A stretch of DNA of 64,000 nt, taken from NCBI GenBank assembly GCA_001179505.1, contig CDMY01000369.1, positions 1 through 64,000 of the forward strand, read 5' to 3'. The notes beneath the pieces were generated by a model, which had not been told where the DNA came from, searched no databases, and saw only the letters and a program-made list of their open reading frames with translations. Shown piece after piece: positions 57,501 through 64,000 of the stretch (the first letter of the stretch is position 1; each line of letters starts with the position of its first letter). Origin of the DNA: Vitrella brassicaformis CCMP3155 (Eukaryota > Protista > Chromerida). A program made the translations under genes and the position numbers.

Positions 57501-58297
57501 GACATTCCGACCGACCGAATGTGTCCCTTCTTCATTTTTTCTCCAACAGAGATTTTGCGGGGCGAGCAACCCCAACATCTCCAATGGCCTTCAGGAGAAG
57601 GTCTTTTAAGCCAACAGACGTTTCATGATCGAATCGCACAACTACGAAACAAGCTGGTCGACAACACAAGCCCACCACGCCTTGACCGGCAGGAAGAAAC
57701 AATAGATTGCACTAGAGGAGCTTTCGAGAAAGAGCCTGCATTTTCTCGACGCTGCACATTCTCAAGGGAAGAGAGGAGCGAACAAGATTACAGGCCGACC
57801 GACAAGGTGAGAGAAATAGATTATTCCTCGCTGGAACCCGTGTCTATGTGGATTTCTGCCCATCTGTTGGTTAGATATCCTCAGAGGAGCTGCAGAGAAT
57901 CAGGTGCCATCTCTCTTCCCTGAGAGAGGCTCAGAGAAGCCTGGACGATCGCACGACCAATCTGGAGAAAGATATTCTGAGGAGAGGCGACATGGATGAT
58001 ACCACTCGGCAGAGGACCTACAACACACCAGTCTCCCCGTACGACGAGCCCATCGCACACCAATCCCCCGCCCCGACCTTCTCTCCTTCCACCGTAGCGA
58101 CTGACCCATCGACGACTCTTGTGTCGGTGAATCTTGGCAAGACAAGGGAGAGGACACCTGGTCCTGGCCGCCATTCCAGTCACGACAGGCAGAAAAGCAA
58201 AGATAGTCGTGCAAGGGAAGGACAGGCCGGGCAGGCCCGCAACGTGCTGGTAGAAGTAGTGAGGAACTGTAGCTGGGACTCCCGGCGGGGAGAATAG
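54595..58297 (+). CDS. Highly divergent myosin motor-like protein (probable pseudo-myosin); extent beyond 57083 uncertain
   Basis: Ordered myosin landmarks: LLSGPEGSGKS (P-loop), IL|DFLGS, RSSFG, GADLRTYLL, ARHLYRRLFQWVTSQTNYVL, LLSSSSNPVIQQLF, IFCLPP and LGIPAIV...FHHMYAFL. Confidence 0.78.
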
Positions 58298-58437
58298 ATT
58301 GCATGCGAGTGCACTGCGCGCGGGGGCCGCCTTGGGGGCCTTGCATGCAGACTTTCCCAGACTGCCCAACCGGGCAAATCGACAAATCGTGAGACAAGAA
58401 GCCCGTAGGACCGATCCCCTGATCCTGTGCCTTCACC

Positions 58438-59443
58438 ATGGGACCTAAAAAGGCTGCCAAGAAGGGCGGTGGAGGAGATGAGGACCGGGATTACGACCAA
58501 GAGAACGCCGTGCTGATGTCCAGGGTAGAAACACTCCACCACAAACTGAGTAAGGAATAAAAAGAGCCTCACCGTCACGGAGGCATCGACCTCTTTGCAC
58601 CTGTCTGCCGGTTCGACAGTGATGAAGAACGAGCACATTGCCAAGAGCCGCACAGCGTGTGAGGACTTGAGGAGGCGGCTGAGCCAGCTGGACCACCACT
58701 TTTCTGAAGAGGCCAGCCAGGGGGACAAGGCTACCGGCGAGATGAGACGGCAGTACACAGAGATGGAGACCAACTTCCTCAAGATCATGGACAACCTACA
58801 GAAGCAGGTGGCAGACTCAAAAGACGACATCGGTGAGTCGATTGCGGTGGACACACACTGCAGGCTGAGCTTGGTATGTTCTTCTGTCTCCTATCTGTCT
58901 GTGTGTGGGCCTCCAGAGAATGTTCAGCGCACGATAGAGACGACCCAAGTTGAAAAGGACGAGGTGATTGCAGCCAAAGACGCGGAGATTCGCCGGCTCC
59001 AGATGCAGATGGAGACCATGGCCATCGAGTTTGCTGATATGCTCAAGGTACATGCGTGGATGTGCTCAACCGATTTCCCCTGTCTCGCTCACCGACGGTG
59101 GTTTTCGTGTGCAGGAAACGCTCGACAAGATGAGTCAGCGTGTGGAGGTCACACACATAGGCTGGGACAGAGACGGGGGTGCAGGCCGTCCGCCGCTTAT
59201 GAATCGTCTCAAGGAGTTTGCACTGCTTTCAACTCCACCAGGTACATGGCTGGCCGCACCCATGACAGGCCACCCTGTGTGCCATGCGTGTTTGGTGTTG
59301 TTTGCTGGCCAGATCGTTCTGTGCCTGTGAGTGCCGTTCCCCAGCGGATTCAGATTAATCCACCTGCTGGTGCTGCTGAAGAGGCTCAGGCCATCGCCGA
59401 TGGCGAGGCTCATGAAGACAAGGAGCACTCTGCGGTTGAATGA
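58438..59443 (+). CDS. CCDC153/DRC12-like flagellar coiled-coil protein
   Basis: MGPKKAAKK start, coiled coil, and KDAEIRRLQMQMETMAIEFADMLK|ETLDKMSQRVE, which resembles the CCDC153 family C-terminus. Confidence 0.65.
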
Positions 59444-59669
59444 TGTATGGATGGATTCACGGATGAGGGGCCCACACGCAATTCTTTCTGGCTCAAGCTG
59501 CTCCCATGGGCAACGTGCGGTACCTAAATCGATGGATTTGGTCATGCAACCTTCAGTTCATTGACATTCGTCTGTCGTGTCCGATGTCTGTGTGTTTGTC
59601 TGCTTGTGGGTCAGTCATTCAGTCAGTGTTTGTTGGTCATTCATGGTCCGTCTCTTCAGATTCTCCGGT

Positions 59670-60615
59670 TCACTTGGCGCCCTGCATGAGTGGCCGCTCC
59701 TCGTCAGCACTCGGCTCTGCACACACCCATACACTCATCACATGTGTGTGTTACTCTGTGTCTCCTCCCCTGCCTCCCTCGCTTGTGAATGTGTTGCTGA
59801 TCGTCCGACCGGCGGCCGCCAGTTGTGTGCCGACCCATCTCACGCCCAGCATGACCTGCGCTCGCATCTCCTTGGCCAGTTGTGCGTCGTTCGCCTTGGG
59901 CCACTGCGGCACCAGCAGAGACAACGTCACACAGCACACACCGAACGCCAGCAACACAACCAGACTCCCCCACAACACAACTACACGAGACACGCACACA
60001 CACAGAGTGACGGACAAAATGGATGGATGTGTCGTGTGGGTGTGTTGGCACACCTACCCTTGTTGATGAGTGGGATTGTGTTTGCTGGGTGCACAAAGGC
60101 GACGACGTTCACACAGGCGAGGGACGACACGAGGACAGACGCCACACAGGTCAGCGCCGCACAGGCCATCACCTTGTCTGCCCGCGTTGCCTCCATGCCC
60201 TCATCCGCATCTGAGTGATCATGATATGATAACCACACACACTCTCTATGGCTGTCTGTCTGTCTGCAACTGTCTGTCTGAGCGACCTACGTTTGTTTGT
60301 AGTCTTGATGATCCTCCCGGCCAGGAATGACAGTGCGTTGGGTCGGATGAAGAGGCAGGCCGCCACCACGCCGGCCGACGCCACACAGACGAGCAGATCG
60401 ACCACAACAAACGCCAACACCTGCAGGCACAGATGGATGGACAAATGAACGAATCGTTCAAGCAGCTGAGGCTGGCTGCCTGCAATTAGACGCACCGGTC
60501 CATTGAGATCGAGTAGGATGGTCGCCACGTCGAGGACACATTTGAGACACGCAGTGATGGTCAGGGCATAGGCAGCTGTGGTGAGGTGGCCGGCCAGCCT
60601 CTGCTGTGTCTCCAT
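59670..60615 (-). CDS. Small multi-pass membrane protein, unknown function
   Basis: Four hydrophobic exons (AYALTITACLKCVLDVATIL; VLAFVVVDLLVCVASAGVVAACLFI; VMACAALTCVASVLVSSLACVNVVAF; LLAFGVCCVTLSLLV). Ends ...EERPLMQGAK*. Confidence 0.55.
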
Positions 60616-60833
60616 CCTGCTGATTGACCTCTGTCTGTCGCTCTGCCAGTCAGTCGGTCACTTCAACCGAAGAGACGCTTTCTTCTGTCAACGTGTACAA
60701 TAAAGTACGTAGATGCATGTACGTGTCTGTACATGTACACGCAGCTGGGCACAACGCTCGCGATCGACCCTCAATCATGCGCTCATCTATTCACGTCTGC
60801 CTGCCTGCTTCTGTCTGTCTGTCTGTCTGTCTG

Positions 60834-63583
60834 TCACTGTGTGTGGAAGGACTTCTCATAGAAGTCCGGTGCGCATGAGGTGACCGTCTTTGTCTGCAGG
60901 TACTCCATGAATCCCTCCCTGCCGCACTCGCGCCCGAAGCCTGACTGCTTGTAACCGCCGAACGGCTGCTCCTGGAACACTGGCTGCAGCGCAGCCGGGC
61001 AATACACATATGTACATGCAGGTGAGGCACGTGATGTGATTGTGGTTGGTTGACAGACAGACTGACTGACCTGCGAGCAGTTCTGCCACACCTGACCTGC
61101 CTCTAGCGCCGATGTCACCCTGCATGAGCACCGCACAGGTACGCATCCATACTCATCTCCTGCATATGATTCGCACGCACCTATCTTTTCTCTGTGGATC
61201 TCGTGTCATGACAGCTGCGGCGAGACCATACTCCGTCGCGTTGGCCTCCTACGCACATGAAACACATCCACACGCATGGTTGGCTGCAGGTAGGTGTATG
61301 TCTGCAGGTCACCTACCTCAATCCCCTCTTCTTCTGTCTTGAAGGGCCGGACGCACAGCACCGGTCCGAATATTTCCTCTTGCCACAGCCGCGATTGCGT
61401 CGGCACGTCTTTGTATATGGTGGGCTGATCCACACATGACACACACACATACAGGGAGGATCGGGTGGCGTCGCGTCCATGCCAAACAGACGAAAGCGTA
61501 CCTTTACGAAGTACCCCTGCTGCAGCCCCTCCGGTCTTTGTGTGTCGCCGCCCACCACAGAGGTGAGACCCTCAGCGGCAGCCGCCTCGATGAATCGCAA
61601 CACCTGCACGTACAGAAAAGCGGAAAGTGCACATCGCGCCGATGACTAGAAGCAATACAGGTGGGAATACCTTTTGGTATTGCTGTTCCGATATGATGGG
61701 CCCCACAGTGACGTTTTCGTCAGAAGCGGGACCTGACCAACAGACACGAGAAGTAAGGGCAGAAGGGACTCTTGGCTGTGCTGTGTGTGCAGATCCTACC
61801 GACGATTAGTTTGGCTGCCGCCTCCTTCAGCTTGGTCAGCAGCTGCAGCGGACACACAGACACAGAGGCGCCTGTGTGTAGCTGTCGACCACTCATCAAC
61901 TCATCTGACACACCTTGTCATAGACAGACTCGTGCACCAGCAACCGGCTTGTCGCGCTGAAATGGCCAAGGAAGGAGCGCATGGGTACGTGACAGTCTCG
62001 TCCATCCATCCGTACGTATGACCATACCTGCAGACCTGTCCCGTGCCCCAGAAGATGCCCGTCATGATCCAATCTGCACCGATGCAGGGGCAGAGAAGGG
62101 GCTGGGACGAGTGCACTCGTGCGTGCTTCTCTGTCTGTCTTTGCTCACCGACGACAGCGTCCAGGTTGACATCGTCGAAGACAAGCATGGGAGACTTGCC
62201 GCCCAGCTCCAAATGCACCGGCTGACCGACAGACGGACAGGGTAGAACAACGAGCCATCACATCAGATCACGTGTCAGGCTGGCACGAAAGCGCGGTCAC
62301 CTTCAGGCCTTCAGCTGCGGTCTTCATTATCTGCCTTCCTGTAGTAGGCCGGCAGCGCAGAGAATCGATGTCGCAGTGGATATGTGAGTGCATGTCAATC
62401 GCGTACCCGTGGCAACCGATCCCGTGAACGAGACCTTCCGAACTAGTGGGTGTGCCACGATGGCAGCACCAGTAGACGGCCCCAAGCCCGTGAGCACATT
62501 GAACACACCGGGAGGCAGCTCCGCTTCATTGCACAGAGCAGCGAACTCTGCACGAACAGCACGAGTAAATTAAGGCGGCTGTGCCGGTCCGCGCTTACCT
62601 ACGCAAGTGAAGCTGGCATATTCGGAAGGCTTCAGGACACACGTGCACCCAGCTGCATTCAGACACCGCACCGCACCCATCCACAGACAGGCAGCATCAT
62701 GATGTGTATCTATGTGGTCACCTGCGAGTGCCGATGCGATCTTTTGGGTGGCCATGAGCAGGGGATAGTTCCAGGGAGCTGCAGCCGATCGCAGAATGAT
62801 CGCATGTATACGCATGGAGCTGCGTGTCGTCGTACTTATGAGTCCCACGACTCCAATCGGCTCGTAGATGACATGCGCCTCATAGTCAGAGGACGGGATG
62901 GACACAGAGTGCGTCGCCGACCTGCACTCAGCCCGCCCACATACGGGTCTCTCTCTCCCTTCTCTGCTTATGTGTCAGCCGTCGGTTTCTCACTTTTCCA
63001 GTTCCCTTGCGAGCGTCGCGTTGTATCTGAGCCCGGAAGCGACGGTCTCCATGTCGACCACACTCTCGCGCATCGGCTTCCCTGACGCGTGACATGCAAC
63101 AGACAAGGGACGCCAACAGGCAAGTGGTGGCCACACACGTCATTCCTGTTTGCTGCGTGGCGTGATACCGCAGTCCCATGATTCGATGGCCGCCAGCTTC
63201 TGCACGTTGTCCTCAACGAGCTTGGCAATGCGATCGAGATACTCCGCCCGCTGAGATCCCGGCGTGGCTGCCCAGGATGCCTTTGCACGGTGAGCACACT
63301 GCACGCACATAAACACACTCATGCGATGAATTGATGAGTGCATCTAGTGCATCTTCCCTCTCACCTTGACGGCCGCATCTACATCCTCTTTGGAAGCTTT
63401 GGGCAGGGTGGCCATCAGATCGGCTGTGGCTGGGTCGTGTGTGTTGAATGTGTCGGTGCCGAGGGATGGGTGGAACTGGCCGCCGTAGAACAGACACTTT
63501 CCCTGCAGCACCAGGGGCGTGTACGGCATCGACTGCAGGAGGCGGGGCAGCGCTGGCACCTTCATCCCGCTGCTTCGTTGCAT
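60834..63583 (-). CDS. NAD-dependent aldehyde dehydrogenase, ALDH10 (betaine/aminoaldehyde dehydrogenase)-like
   Basis: [44 protein letters not shown]|SATSRL, EEIFGPV, YGLAAAV and [13 protein letters not shown]. Confidence 0.95.
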
Positions 63584-64000
63584 CGATGAGTCCAACGCGG
63601 CCTGCCAGATCTGATTGCGAGCTTGATTGCGAGCTAAGCTTGCCTTCGTCGCAGATTTTGCAGAGGTTTGTTGGCTTCACAGACTCGGCAACAAGTTGCG
63701 AAGATGGTTCTGATCAGCCTGAGCGTTGTCACGCGTGAAATAGTGACTCTATGCAGACAGCTCGGACAGGCGGTACGATAGGCGGGGGAAGCATGGAAGA
63801 CGAATCACACTGAATCGTGTGTGTACTCAGGTGTCGGAGGCGTATGCAGCGTATGTGGCGACAACGCTCCTCAACCCAGCAACAGGCATGCACATTCATG
63901 GGAAAACAGAGAGAGGGAGAGAGATACAGACAGACAGACAGACAGACAAGCGAAATGGGGCCTCATCGAGTCATGTTGTTTCAGGCACCTTTTACGTGGA

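Noticed and set aside
1-64000. tRNA, rRNA or other structured ncRNA genes
   Set aside because: None were recognisable by eye; tRNAscan-SE or Infernal would be needed to exclude them.

Overview
Eukaryotic, GC-rich, intron-dense genomic DNA. Short GT-AG introns are packed with (CA)n/(GT)n, (GACA)n and (GATG)n microsatellites, and there is a plastid/thylakoid-targeted protein and flagellar-type genes. This style suggests a photosynthetic alveolate such as the chromerid Vitrella brassicaformis (inference, not verified). About 20 spliced protein genes were reconstructed by eye: a redoxin-like protein (partial), an F-box-like orphan, FAD synthase, a low-complexity protein, an RlmI-like methyltransferase, a WD40 protein, a sulfotransferase, delta-COP, an LCAT-family lipase, a thylakoid FKBP, a trypsin-like protease with a coiled-coil tail, a His-rich MerC-like membrane protein, a small secreted Cys-rich protein, an MscS channel, a degenerate myosin motor, a CCDC153/DRC12-like protein, an ALDH and several orphans. 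A very young tandem copia-like LTR element (LTR-int-LTR-int-LTR, 5-bp TSD TCGGA) lies at 40556-44241. The top finding is at 44566-48056: nine exons joined at canonical GT-AG sites give one uninterrupted ~933-aa frame fusing an SPX phosphate-sensing domain, a C3HC4 RING E3 ligase and a catalytically intact Tpt1/KptA RNA 2'-phosphotransferase. The next most notable are a probable pseudo-myosin and the gag-only tandem LTR element. There are three 300-N assembly gaps. All homology calls are from motif recognition only; no database searches were run.
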